Of a DNA stretch of 64,000 bases, positions 20,706 through 30,598 are shown one piece after another. The first letter of the stretch is position 1. Each line of letters starts with the position of its first letter. The translations under genes and the position numbers were made by a program. Location: positions 1,760,001 to 1,824,000 of the forward strand of contig CAWGHO010000002.1 in the NCBI GenBank assembly GCA_963822445.1, read 5' to 3'. The notes below the pieces were generated by a model, which saw only the letters and a list, made by a program, of their open reading frames with translations, was not told the DNA's origin and did no database searches. The DNA comes from an uncultured Acidobacteriota bacterium. GTDB lineage: Bacteria > Acidobacteriota > Thermoanaerobaculia > Gp7-AA8.

Positions 20706-22814
20706 ATGGCTCTCCGCGCCCTGATCGCACTGGCGGTGATCGTTTCGTGCGCCTCCGTCAGCGGCGCGGCTGAACCGTGGCGCGCGGTCGCGACACCGCC
20801 GAAGCCCGGACTTCCGCGCGTCGAAGTCGAATGCGGGTATCCGGGCGGCTACGTCTCCTCCGCCAATACGCCCATCCGCCTGCGGGCCCGGACCGGCGTG
20901 GATGCCTTCGACGGCTACATCGGATTTCACATCAGGGCGGAGGGGCGGCAGACGATGGACGTTCCGGTGATCGCTCGGGCGGTCCTTGCACCGAATTCCG
21001 ACTGGACCTTTTCGACGTGGATCGACGTGCGCGGTACCGAAGAAGGATTGCGGCGTCTCAGCAGCCGCGAGCTGTTCATCGAATGGCGAAATCACCGTAG
21101 CGAAACGGTCGCTTTCCAGGGGATAGGCAAGCCGCCATGGAGTCTTCCGCGGCCGCTGCGCATCTCCGGCGAGGGTGAAGTCGTTGCCAGCGACGTCTAT
21201 CTCGGCGAAACGTCGGTCGTTCTTCCTCCCACCGTTCTATCTGCGGAGCCGATCTGGTACTCCGGTTTCTCGTCGGTCATCGTTTCGACGCAAACCTGGC
21301 TGACGCTCCCCCAGCGCGTCCGCGAAGCGATCTTCCGCTCCGCCATTCGCGTGCATTTCTTCGGTGTTCCCGCGGCCATGCCTGTGATGACGCCGGTCGA
21401 TCGCGCGCTTCTCCCGATCGATCTCCTGCCGCCGCCCGGTGGTCCGGTCGCGGCGCCCTGGCCGTATGTGGGCGACGCCGCCGGGGGTCCGCTCACGTGG
21501 CGAGCGAAGGCCGGCGCGCGCGTCGTCGGATCACCGTCGCTTCCGTACCTCGTCGTGAATGCCGTCGCCGTCTTCGCCGCAAGCGAGGACGCGTTGCGCA
21601 TCCCCATTCCAACGTTCGCGTATCCCGCGCAAGGCGATTACCTCGATCCCCTGGTCTGGCGCACAGGGTTCATGCGGCCCGCGGAGGTCCTGCGCGAGTA
21701 TCGCCCGTTGTTGCTCGTCATTCTGGTCGTGATGATCAGCATCGCCGGTTGGCTGGCGATGCTGCGCGCGGGCAGGACGCTGATTGTGGCCGCGTCGGCG
21801 CTGGTGCTGCTCTCACTGCTGGTCATCGGCGTTCGCGAATGGATCCGTCCGCGGGAAGGACTGCACGTTTACTCGAGCCTCACCCTGGCGGCTCCGGGCG
21901 TGGTCGACATCCGCACCGCGCGCCGGGACTACGGCGTGGCGCCGCGCGCCGTTCCGGAAGCGGACCTCGCCGGATACGCCGGACGCGTGACGCGGCGGAT
22001 CAGCTGGCATTCCGGGGAACTGCGCACCAGCGATACCCCTCCCGGCCTCGGAACGCTCCTCGGCGGCCAGTGGCGCAGCTCACTGCGGCACTCCATCCGC
22101 CGCGAACTGGCGACCCCGGCTTCGATCCGCACCGTCTCATACACGGCGGACGAATACGTGGTCGACTTCGCGTCGGACCGCCCCGTCAACTACGTCGCGG
22201 CGCAATGGACGTGGAAGGGAACGAGGCGCGAAGGCGTCGTCCGCGTCGGCTCGATCTCCCGCGGCCGTGCCGTCGTGCGCGACCGCCGCGAAGTCTGGCC
22301 GAGCATCTGGTGGTGGACGTGGATGGCGCAGGAAGTGCCGGCGAGCGCGACGCCCGAGGACTCGATGACGGGCGCGTCGCGGGTCGTGCTCTTCAACGTG
22401 AAGCGCGATGCGACGACGGTCATCCGATCCATCGATTCATCCACGGCGGTGACCGCGCCTCCGTATCGAATCGCCGCCGATCTTCATCAGGATCGCGGCC
22501 GCACACGTTCGGTGGCGATGGTCCTTCCCGGCCCGACACCCGAGCGCGCGCGAGTGCGCCTGATCCTCAGCCAGATCAGCCCCAATTCTCTGCGGCAGAT
22601 CGACGCGATCACGCTGGAGGGGCCGGCGGGATCGGCGGCGTTCGACCGGAGCACCATGAAGACGGGCCGCGGCCTCGCGGAGATCCGCGCGGAAGAGCTG
22701 CGGCGCATCGCGCCAGTGGGCGGAGTCGTGAAGTTGATCATCGATCCCGGGACGTCCGCGGCCGAGCTCTCTCGGACCAGGGCCACCCTGCTGGTATTGG
22801 AGGAGAAGCAATGA
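20706..22814 (+). CDS. Hypothetical membrane protein heading the ABC operon
   Basis: N-terminal signal peptide and a central TM hairpin; overlaps the ABC ATPase start. Confidence 0.7.
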   Translation: MALRALIALAVIVSCASVSGAAEPWRAVATPPKPGLPRVEVECGYPGGYVSSANTPIRLRARTGVDAFDGYIGFHIRAEGRQTMDVPVIARAVLAPNSDWTFSTWIDVRGTEEGLRRLSSRELFIEWRNHRSETVAFQGIGKPPWSLPRPLRISGEGEVVASDVYLGETSVVLPPTVLSAEPIWYSGFSSVIVSTQTWLTLPQRVREAIFRSAIRVHFFGVPAAMPVMTPVDRALLPIDLLPPPGGPVAAPWPYVGDAAGGPLTWRAKAGARVVGSPSLPYLVVNAVAVFAASEDALRIPIPTFAYPAQGDYLDPLVWRTGFMRPAEVLREYRPLLLVILVVMISIAGWLAMLRAGRTLIVAASALVLLSLLVIGVREWIRPREGLHVYSSLTLAAPGVVDIRTARRDYGVAPRAVPEADLAGYAGRVTRRISWHSGELRTSDTPPGLGTLLGGQWRSSLRHSIRRELATPASIRTVSYTADEYVVDFASDRPVNYVAAQWTWKGTRREGVVRVGSISRGRAVVRDRREVWPSIWWWTWMAQEVPASATPEDSMTGASRVVLFNVKRDATTVIRSIDSSTAVTAPPYRIAADLHQDRGRTRSVAMVLPGPTPERARVRLILSQISPNSLRQIDAITLEGPAGSAAFDRSTMKTGRGLAEIRAEELRRIAPVGGVVKLIIDPGTSAAELSRTRATLLVLEEKQ

Positions 22815-23743
22815 GCGAACGAGCCATCGTGGCCGCAAACCTCCTGAAGCGGTACGGCGACGTGACCGCCCTTCGCGACACCTCGTTCGAAGTGACGCGC
22901 GGAACGATCACCGGCTTCATCGGCCGCAACGGCGCGGGCAAGACCACGACGCTGAAGATCCTCTCCACGCTGATGCGCGCCGACGACGGCAAGTGCGAGA
23001 TCTTCGGCACCGACGTCCGCACCGCGCGCTACGACCTGCGCCATCGCATCGGATTTCTTCCGGACATCTTCGAGCTACCGGTCTCGCTGAGCCTGCGCGA
23101 GTATCTCGACATCTTCGCGGAGCTGTACGGAATCGCGCGCACGGACCGGCAGAAGCGGGTCAACGCGGCATTGCAGCTGACGCGGAGCGAAGACCTCGCC
23201 GATCGGCGTCTGCACGCGCTCTCCCGCGGCGAACAACAGCGGGTGGGACTGGCGCGCGCGCTGATCCACAATCCCGATCTCCTGCTGCTCGATGAGCCGG
23301 CGGCCGGTCTCGATCCTCACGCGCGCGTCGAGCTCAAGGAACTGCTTCGATTGCTGCGCGAGCGCGGCAAGACGGTCTTTCTCTCGTCGCACGTACTCGC
23401 CGACCTCGAGGAAATCTGCGACGACCTGGTCGTGATCAAGAACGGCAACGTGATCTTCTCCGGATCGGTGGGAGGTTTCCGCCGTCAGATGCGCGCGACT
23501 TCGCGCTGGCGGATCTCCACGGTCAGCGGCCCGATCACCATGCCTCCGAGCGGCTCCGCGCAGGTCGTCGCGGCGAGTAACGGGACCATGGAAGTGGAAG
23601 GCGATTTATCGCCGGCCGAACGTGCGCGGTGGATTGCGAATCTCGTCGCGCAGGGGATCGCCGTCTGCGAGTTGAGTCCGCAGCAGAGCACCCTCGAGCA
23701 GGAGTTCGCCAAAGCGGTCGAAGAAGAAGAGGCGACGGCATGA
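22811..23743 (+). CDS. ABC transporter ATP-binding protein
   Basis: GRNGAGKTT Walker A, LSRGEQQR, LLLDEP, SSH. Confidence 0.93.
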   Translation: MSERAIVAANLLKRYGDVTALRDTSFEVTRGTITGFIGRNGAGKTTTLKILSTLMRADDGKCEIFGTDVRTARYDLRHRIGFLPDIFELPVSLSLREYLDIFAELYGIARTDRQKRVNAALQLTRSEDLADRRLHALSRGEQQRVGLARALIHNPDLLLLDEPAAGLDPHARVELKELLRLLRERGKTVFLSSHVLADLEEICDDLVVIKNGNVIFSGSVGGFRRQMRATSRWRISTVSGPITMPPSGSAQVVAASNGTMEVEGDLSPAERARWIANLVAQGIAVCELSPQQSTLEQEFAKAVEEEEATA

Positions 23744-24396
23744 GAGCACTCCTGCGGTACGCGATTCTGAAGACCTCGCGCGAGCAGCTCCTGCCGGCAC
23801 TGCTGTTCGCGCCGGCGGTGGTGTTCCTCGCGCCGCTGATCGGCATAGCCGGATACAACCTGATGCGGGGAGAGGCGGTCTACCCGATGGCCCTCGACAG
23901 ACGCCTCGGCGCGCGCGGCTCGGCGGCGATGATGCTGGAAGTCGTCCTGCTTCTGACGTCAGTCATCGGCGGCGTCGCTGCCTTCCGCATGTTCCGCAGC
24001 GAAGTGAGCGCCAGAACGCTGGGCTTTTTCTACCTCGCAACCCCGCCGCGGATGGTGTCGCTGGCCATGACGCTGTATGGCGCGGTGGTCGGAACGGCGG
24101 CTTATCTGATCGCCGTGGCGATGGTCTCGATCGCGAGCGGGGTCGCGCCGCACAACTTCGGTCGAACGCTCACCATCGCCGTGATCACCTCCGCGTTCAG
24201 CAGTGCCCTCGGCTCGCTGACGCTGGCGATCTCCGACGACTTCACGATGCTCGTGCCGGTGTGCGCGGGCGGTCTGGCCGTTTCCGCCGCGCTGTCGAAA
24301 TGGAACAGCGCGGCCACACTCGGCGCGGCGATCGTCGGCATCGCTCTGGTCATGGCCATTTCTCAGATCGTGTGGGGGCGCCGATGCGTGGTTTAG
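23740..24396 (+). CDS. ABC-2 type permease-like membrane protein
   Basis: About 6 TM segments; ATGA-coupled to the ATPase. Confidence 0.7.
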   Translation: MRALLRYAILKTSREQLLPALLFAPAVVFLAPLIGIAGYNLMRGEAVYPMALDRRLGARGSAAMMLEVVLLLTSVIGGVAAFRMFRSEVSARTLGFFYLATPPRMVSLAMTLYGAVVGTAAYLIAVAMVSIASGVAPHNFGRTLTIAVITSAFSSALGSLTLAISDDFTMLVPVCAGGLAVSAALSKWNSAATLGAAIVGIALVMAISQIVWGRRCVV

Positions 24397-25169
24397 CTCT
24401 GGCCCGATACCACGTGCTTTCCAGGCTCCGCTCGTCGTCGGGCCTGTTCGCGACCGCTCTTGCGCTCGCCGCATTGCCTCTGCTGGTGTTTGGAGCCGTG
24501 CACACGAGTGCAACCGAGGACTGGCGGGAGATCGAAATGGCCCTGCCGCTTCGGGCGGCCGGCCTTCACGCCGTTTACTTCTGGCATTTGCTCGTCCTCG
24601 TCTGTGCCTGCGAACTGTTCGGCACGCCGAAGCAGACGCGGGACGGAATCCGGCGCGCCGATCTGACGGAGACCGCGCCCATCACACCGGCTGAGCGGTT
24701 TTTCGGTGATGCGGCCGGGATCTTCCAGTGCGTCGCGGCGATTCATCTCTGCGCATTGCCGCTGCTCGCTTTGGCGGTGGTTCTCAGTCCGCTGCCGTCG
24801 ACGCGGTTTTTCTGGCTGGAAGGGATCGTTCTGGCGGGCATGGTTTTCGGCAGCGCCGCCGCGTCCTGGAAACTGCGGTCGACGGGCAAGTGGATGCGCA
24901 CGCGCACGCCGCGGAGCGTGGCCCTGTTCTTCATCCTCCTGCTGGGAGTGCTCATGATGAACACGCGGTGGAAGGCCTTCGTCGAAGCGTTCCCCAACGC
25001 CATGGTTCAACCGACGACTTTGTACTGGACAGAGGTGCGGGCCGCGGTGGTCAACATGCCGATGCTGATTGGCTCGCTGGCCGTTCTGTACTTCGGCTAC
25101 ATCCTCTACTACACGCTCAGCTCGATCCGGGCCATCGATCGAGGCGAGGAGAGAACTCATGCTCTGTAA
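24384..25169 (+). CDS. Membrane protein (probable second permease)
   Basis: Multi-TM; overlaps both neighbours. Confidence 0.65.
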   Translation: MRGLALARYHVLSRLRSSSGLFATALALAALPLLVFGAVHTSATEDWREIEMALPLRAAGLHAVYFWHLLVLVCACELFGTPKQTRDGIRRADLTETAPITPAERFFGDAAGIFQCVAAIHLCALPLLALAVVLSPLPSTRFFWLEGIVLAGMVFGSAAASWKLRSTGKWMRTRTPRSVALFFILLLGVLMMNTRWKAFVEAFPNAMVQPTTLYWTEVRAAVVNMPMLIGSLAVLYFGYILYYTLSSIRAIDRGEERTHAL

Positions 25170-26253
25170 TCTCTGCGGCCGGGACAACCGCGATGCCGCG
25201 AAGTTCTGCGACCGCTGCGGCGGCTCGCTCGACGCCACGGTCACTCGCACGGGCGTCGATCCCGAGCTCGACGCGATCCGCAAGGCGTTCGACGACCGGT
25301 TCACCGTCGAATCGCTCCTGGGCCGCGGCGGAATGGGAAGCGTGTTCAAAGCGCGCGAGCTGACGCTCGACCGTTACGTCGCGCTCAAGATCGTTCCCGA
25401 CGTGCGGCGGCATGACGCGAAGTTCGTCGATCGCTTCCGCCAGGAGGCGCGCATCGCCGCGCGACTCCGCCACCCCCGCATCGTCTCCGTCCACGAGGTC
25501 GGCACGCTCGGCGGCTTCCCCTACTTCTCGATGGACTTCATCGAGGGAAGCACGCTGCGCTCGGTGATCGCCCGTCGCGGGCCTCTGCCGGCCGAGGATG
25601 CGATCTCGGTGACGGTGGAGATCTGCCGGGCGGTCGGACACGCGCATTCGAAAGGGGTCATCCACCGCGACCTCAAGCCCGAGAACGTGATGATCGACAC
25701 GGAAGGCGACGTGTTCGTGATGGATTTCGGCCTGGCCCGCGCCACGGAGGAACCAGGACTCACGCAGAGCGGCGTGATCATGGGCACTCCGTTCTACATG
25801 AGCCCCGAGCAGCTGAACGGCGAGAAGCTCGACGAGCGCAGCGACGTGTATTCGATCGGCCTGATCCTCTATCACTGCCTGACCGGCGAGGATCTGTTCG
25901 CGGCGGACGGCCTTCCGGCCATCCTCGCCAAACACGCAAGTCTGGCGGCCTCCGGCATCGCGAACCACCCGCGCATCCCGGTCAACCTTCAGGAGGTCAT
26001 CGTGTCCATGCTCGAGGAGGACCGCACCATGCGCAGCCGATCGGTGAAGGAAGTGCTGGAGAGACTGACCCTCCGGAAGATCGTCGCCCTCGGCCTGGCA
26101 GCGACGCAGCAGAGCGACCCCGACCTGCCGACGGTTCAATTCGATGACATGCGGCCGCAGGCGCTGCCGGTGGCGTTCGAGGATCCGGTGTTCAGCGCGA
26201 TGGCGGAGCGGAGGAAGACGAGGTTGCGGTCGTTGCTGGACGATATCAGTTGA
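25159..26253 (+). CDS. Ser/Thr protein kinase with N-terminal zinc ribbon
   Basis: CNLC...CDRC; LGRGGMG, VALK, HRDLKPEN, DFG, GTPFYMSPE. Confidence 0.93.
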   Translation: MLCNLCGRDNRDAAKFCDRCGGSLDATVTRTGVDPELDAIRKAFDDRFTVESLLGRGGMGSVFKARELTLDRYVALKIVPDVRRHDAKFVDRFRQEARIAARLRHPRIVSVHEVGTLGGFPYFSMDFIEGSTLRSVIARRGPLPAEDAISVTVEICRAVGHAHSKGVIHRDLKPENVMIDTEGDVFVMDFGLARATEEPGLTQSGVIMGTPFYMSPEQLNGEKLDERSDVYSIGLILYHCLTGEDLFAADGLPAILAKHASLAASGIANHPRIPVNLQEVIVSMLEEDRTMRSRSVKEVLERLTLRKIVALGLAATQQSDPDLPTVQFDDMRPQALPVAFEDPVFSAMAERRKTRLRSLLDDIS

Positions 26254-26254
26254 A

Positions 26255-26396
26255 TTTATCCCGCGCGCAGACGCGGGATCTCTCCGTGCACTGACGCGAG
26301 CTCCGCCGTGATCGCAACTGGCGGAGCTGCGGTGATCGACGATCGGTCAGTTCTTCGCGGTGTGACCGGAGATCCCGCGTCTGCGCGCGGGATAAA
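26255..26396. repeat. MITE/REP-like element with perfect 28-bp terminal inverted repeats
   Basis: TTTATCCCGCGCGCAGACGCGGGATCTC ... GAGATCCCGCGTCTGCGCGCGGGATAAA; internal hairpin. Confidence 0.8.
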
Positions 26397-26407
26397 CTTC
26401 AGAAACC

Positions 26408-27055
26408 GTGATTACCTTCGATCGCTTCGAGTTCGATCTCGAGCGCCGCGCTCTGCTCGACGGTGGTGTAGCAGTCCATCTCTCGCCGAAAGCCTTCACC
26501 CTCCTCGGGGTGCTCATCGACAACAGTCCGCGTGCGGTCTCGAAGAAGGCGCTGAGTGACGCGGTGTGGCCGCAGACCTTCGTCGAGGAGAGCAATCTCG
26601 CCAGTCTCGTCGCCGAAGTCCGCACAGCCCTCGGCGACGACGCGCGTCAACCCCGTTTCGTTCGCACGGTCCACGGGTTCGGTTACGCGTTCAGCGCCGA
26701 ACTGCAGAAGGCGGCGCCGCGGCAACGCGTGGCCGTGCTGCAGATCGGAAGCGAAGAGTTTCCGCTGTTCGAAGGCGAGAACATCCTCGGCCGCGATCCT
26801 TCCGCGCCGGTGCAGATCGATCACAACACGGTCTCGCGGCGGCACGCGTCGATCACGGTCAAGGGTGAAACGGCCCTGCTCGAGGATCTGTCGAGCAAGA
26901 ACGGGACGTTTCTGGCGGGGAACGAAGCGCGGATCGCGGGTCCCGTCACGCTCGAGGACGGCGACACCTTCGCGCTCGGCGACGTGCGGATCTCGTTCAG
27001 AAGACGAACGGGTCTGGGCTCGACGGTGACGATGGGCGGTGATCACGGCACGTAG
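26408..27055 (+). CDS. OmpR-type winged-helix plus FHA domain regulator
   Basis: N-terminal HLSPKAF...VWPQTFVEESNL...RTVHGFGY; FHA motifs LGR...VSRRHA...DLSSKNGT. Confidence 0.88.
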   Translation: MITFDRFEFDLERRALLDGGVAVHLSPKAFTLLGVLIDNSPRAVSKKALSDAVWPQTFVEESNLASLVAEVRTALGDDARQPRFVRTVHGFGYAFSAELQKAAPRQRVAVLQIGSEEFPLFEGENILGRDPSAPVQIDHNTVSRRHASITVKGETALLEDLSSKNGTFLAGNEARIAGPVTLEDGDTFALGDVRISFRRRTGLGSTVTMGGDHGT

Positions 27056-28665
27056 TACAGCCTCATTGACTTGCCGACGCGCCGGACCGGCTCGTAGCGC
27101 GTCAGCCATTCGATGCGATCGGGAAAGAAGCTGGCCGGCGTTTCGCCGATGGCGATCCAGCCGGAGACGGGATGATCGGGCAGCGGGTCGTGAGCGATGC
27201 CGTGATGCTGGAGCGCCGCCCCGGTCGAGTAACGGATCCAGACGCGCTCGATCTTCAACTCGCGCATGACCTTTTCGAGGCGGAGCACGTCCTGCCCCCA
27301 GTCGAGATTGCTGTCCGTGGCGATGCGCCACGGCTTTCCGTCCGCCGCTTCGTTGAACCAGGGCAGGTAATCGGGATGCTGCGTCGCGACACCGAGGAAG
27401 AGCCAGGCCAGGAGTGCGGTCATTCCGAGTTGCGCGAAAGGACCGCGCGCGCGCCGCCAGAGCTCGACGGTCGCGAATCCGGCGATGACCGCAAGCGAGG
27501 CGTACATCGGCAAGACGTGACGCACGCCGATGTTGATCGAGCCGGTCATGGCCACGAGGAGGATCACCATCGGAATCAATGCGTGCTCGATTCCGCGGCG
27601 CGCGCGGAAGGCGAGGAACGCGCCGACGAGCGTGAGGAGGAGAAACGGGATCGGCGTTTTGAAGAAGACGACCACCGGGAAGTAGTGCCACCAGCCCTTG
27701 GTGCCGGTCTGGCCGAGGAAGTTGGTGAAGTGGCCGTCCTTGTCGTGTTGCTTGAGGATGCCGATGCCGACCGGCAGCGCCGGCGCGGGGATGGGCACGT
27801 TGTCGGAGAAGGCCCGGACCGCGGCGCGCGCCGGCTCGGGCACCATCATCTGCACGAAGAAGGATGCGCCGGGGAAGACTTTCGAGATGGGGCGGAAATC
27901 GAATTGGTAGCCGGCCCAGGTGACGAGGAAGGCTACGAGAGCCACGGCGGGGAGCGGGCGTCCCGCCCGCACCGGCGGCGCATCGTGCGCCGCCGTAAGT
28001 ACCGCCGGGCGCGACGCCCGGCGGGTGCGCGCGAGACGCGCGCTCCCCAGCAGCACCAGCGCAGTCGCGGGAAAGAACACGAGAAATGAGAATTTCGCGA
28101 GGACGCCGGCGCCGATCGCGGCGCCGAGGAGTGCGCCGCGTTTGACCGTGGGCGATTCGAGAAAGCGATCGAGTGCCAGCAATGCCAGGGGCAAGGTCGC
28201 TGTCGCGGCCATGTCCGTGGTGATCACGCCGGCGTGGCCGAGGATGGGCGGGAGGTTCGTGAACAGCGCCGTGGCCCAGATTGCCGCGGCCTGACCGAAC
28301 GCGCGGCGGGCCTGTTCGGCGACGGCGAGAATCGCGACGATCAACAGCAATAGATTGCCGATGCGTGCGCGCGCGAGATTCTTCAGATAGCGATCGCCGT
28401 GATACAGCAGGAAGTGTCCGCGGGCCGTGTCGCCGCTGGCCGGCGGATCGGGGAGGCCGGCCATGCGCAATGGCAGCGCGCTGAGCACGCGCGCGAGCGG
28501 CGGATGTCCGAGATCGGTGTAGCTGCCGCTCAGCCACATCCAGCCCGCCGCGAGGTGCACCGGCTCGTCATTGGTCGCGTTGAGCTTGCGATGGGTCGAG
28601 GCGACGCGCACGACGGCGAGGAGCGTCAGCAGCGCGATCGCGGCGATGTAGATCGATCGCTTCAT
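27043..28665 (-). CDS. ArnT/PMT-like (GT-C) glycosyltransferase, paralog 1
   Basis: TNDEPVH, HPPL, multi-TM, GWWHYFP, DSNLDWGQD. Confidence 0.8.
   Translation of the reverse strand: MKRSIYIAAIALLTLLAVVRVASTHRKLNATNDEPVHLAAGWMWLSGSYTDLGHPPLARVLSALPLRMAGLPDPPASGDTARGHFLLYHGDRYLKNLARARIGNLLLLIVAILAVAEQARRAFGQAAAIWATALFTNLPPILGHAGVITTDMAATATLPLALLALDRFLESPTVKRGALLGAAIGAGVLAKFSFLVFFPATALVLLGSARLARTRRASRPAVLTAAHDAPPVRAGRPLPAVALVAFLVTWAGYQFDFRPISKVFPGASFFVQMMVPEPARAAVRAFSDNVPIPAPALPVGIGILKQHDKDGHFTNFLGQTGTKGWWHYFPVVVFFKTPIPFLLLTLVGAFLAFRARRGIEHALIPMVILLVAMTGSINIGVRHVLPMYASLAVIAGFATVELWRRARGPFAQLGMTALLAWLFLGVATQHPDYLPWFNEAADGKPWRIATDSNLDWGQDVLRLEKVMRELKIERVWIRYSTGAALQHHGIAHDPLPDHPVSGWIAIGETPASFFPDRIEWLTRYEPVRRVGKSMRLYYVP
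27949..28048. repeat. Family C multi-hairpin REP element, in-frame inside the GT-C gene
   Basis: GGGGAGCGGGCGTCCCGCCCGCACC ... GGTGCGCGCGAGACGCGCGCTCCCC; four hairpins. Confidence 0.8.
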
Positions 28666-30260
28666 GGCACGTAGTAAAGACGGATCGACTTCCCGACCCG
28701 TTGGTACGGCCTCCCTCGCAGCCAGAGAAAGCCGCCGTCCGGGGCGATCATCCGGTACATGTGCTCGCTCACCGCGACCCATCCCTGCGCGGGCACCCAG
28801 GGCTCGATGTCGTAGGACGGCGGAAACCCGAGCTTGTCGAAATCGTGCAGGCCCGCGGCGAAGATCCCGATCTTGTCCACCTTCTTTTCCCGCAGGACCT
28901 CGCGCAGGCGGAGCATGTCCTGCCCCCAGTCGATAGTGCTGTCGACGAAGAGACGGCCCGGTTGCCGTCCGGCGAGCTCGTTGAAGTAGGGGAAGTAGTC
29001 GGGATGAGCGATGACCGACGCGCCGGTCTGCCACACCAGCAGGGCGATGGCGGCGATGCGCATGCGCCCGCCGCGCTCGAGCATGGCCATCGCGGCCGCG
29101 GCCGCGGCGATGGACATCGGGATGTAGATCGGCAGAACGTAGCGAATGCCGAGGTCGAATGCGGCGGGCATGGTGGTGATGAGGATGGCCACGGTCGCGG
29201 CGATGCCAATCGCGAAGACCCTTCCGCGCGCGACGAAGAAGCCGATCAGTATCAGGATCAGCGTCGCCAGCGTGGTCTTGAAGAGCGTGACCGTGGGGAA
29301 ATACCACCACCAGCCGTGCTCCGTTTTCCTGCCGAACGCGTAGGAGAGATGCCCGCGCGCTTCGAGGTTGGCCAGGCTGGCGATGCCCAGCGCGAAATGC
29401 GGCGCCGGTATCGGCGTCGTCGTGTCGAGCGACGACAGCAGCCGGGCGATTCCGGTTTCCGGCGCGGGCTTGTCCATCTTGTACGACTTCAGCGAGCCGT
29501 ACGTGAATCCGTAGGTTCCCCACAACGCGATGAGCGTGGTGATCACCGCCAGTGGCAATGCGACGAGGACGCGGCGCCAGGAGCGGCGCACTTCCGCATC
29601 GGAAACGAAGTGCACGAGATAAACGGCGACACAGGCCGCGGCGGCGAAGAGCACGTTCGAGAACTTCAGTCCGATCGACAGGCCGTAGGCCGCGCCGGCG
29701 ATCAGAGCTCGCGCCGCGGTCGGCTTTTCCATCCATCGCGAGAATGCGAGCAGGACCAGCGCGACCCCGGCCACGCAGGCCACGTCGAGATTGGCTATGC
29801 CGGTGTAGCCGAGGATCACCGGCTGGGTGGTGAAAAGCAGCGTGGTCATCGCGCCGCCCGCGCGGCCGAGCTCGCGCCGGGCCAGACGCCACGTTGCGAA
29901 TGCGGCGATGAGGAAGAACGCGACGTTGCCGATGCGCGCGAGAACCAGGCTGGTCTTGTAGTGGCCCGACGAGTAGAAGAGCCAGCGCATGGTCTCGATC
30001 CATTCGCGGTTGGTGTCGAACTTCGCGCCGCCGAGATGGAGCAGGGCGCCGAACACCAGGCGGGGCAGCGGCGGATTCTCGAGCTGCCACGTGTAGTTGC
30101 CGGTCTGCACGAGCTGGATTCCAGCGGTGACGTGCAGCGGCTCGTCGGTCGTCACCGAGAAGACGGTGAGCGTCGAAATGATCCGGAGGGCGGCCACCGC
30201 GATCAGCAGACACGACACGAGATCGGCGTGCGTCGCCAGCCACATTTCTGCCGGGCGCAT
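28662..30260 (-). CDS. ArnT/PMT-like (GT-C) glycosyltransferase, paralog 2 (start 30245-30299 uncertain)
   Basis: TTDEPLH, NPPL, GWWWYFP, DSTIDWGQD; C-terminus RVGKSIRLYYVP nearly identical to paralog 1. Confidence 0.8.
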   Translation of the reverse strand: MRPAEMWLATHADLVSCLLIAVAALRIISTLTVFSVTTDEPLHVTAGIQLVQTGNYTWQLENPPLPRLVFGALLHLGGAKFDTNREWIETMRWLFYSSGHYKTSLVLARIGNVAFFLIAAFATWRLARRELGRAGGAMTTLLFTTQPVILGYTGIANLDVACVAGVALVLLAFSRWMEKPTAARALIAGAAYGLSIGLKFSNVLFAAAACVAVYLVHFVSDAEVRRSWRRVLVALPLAVITTLIALWGTYGFTYGSLKSYKMDKPAPETGIARLLSSLDTTTPIPAPHFALGIASLANLEARGHLSYAFGRKTEHGWWWYFPTVTLFKTTLATLILILIGFFVARGRVFAIGIAATVAILITTMPAAFDLGIRYVLPIYIPMSIAAAAAAMAMLERGGRMRIAAIALLVWQTGASVIAHPDYFPYFNELAGRQPGRLFVDSTIDWGQDMLRLREVLREKKVDKIGIFAAGLHDFDKLGFPPSYDIEPWVPAQGWVAVSEHMYRMIAPDGGFLWLRGRPYQRVGKSIRLYYVP

Positions 30261-30297
30261 CTTTTGCCTGACTCTTTCGCCGAAGGAGAGCTGTTCC

Positions 30298-30597
30298 ATG
30301 CGTAAGCTGATTCTGGTCTTTCTTTGCGTGATCCTGGCGGCCGCGTGCAATCGCGACCGGGTCGAGAATACTGACACTGCCGGCACCGGTACGGCCACGG
30401 CGCCCGCGGTGGACGAGACGACCACGACCATGAGTGGCACCTCGGACACGGCCCCGATTCAGGCCGTCGGGACGACGGAAGTGACCCCGACCGACACGAG
30501 CTCCACCATCGTTACACCCACGACGACAACCGCCGGGATCACCTCGCCGACGGAAACCAGTTCCACCGTGGCCACGACGACCACCCGGAATCCGTAG
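30298..30597 (+). CDS. Thr-rich low-complexity lipoprotein
   Basis: AAGGAG SD; MRKLILVFLCVILAAAC lipobox; mature part dominated by Thr/Ser. Confidence 0.8.
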   Translation: MRKLILVFLCVILAAACNRDRVENTDTAGTGTATAPAVDETTTTMSGTSDTAPIQAVGTTEVTPTDTSSTIVTPTTTTAGITSPTETSSTVATTTTRNP

Positions 30598-30598
30598 C

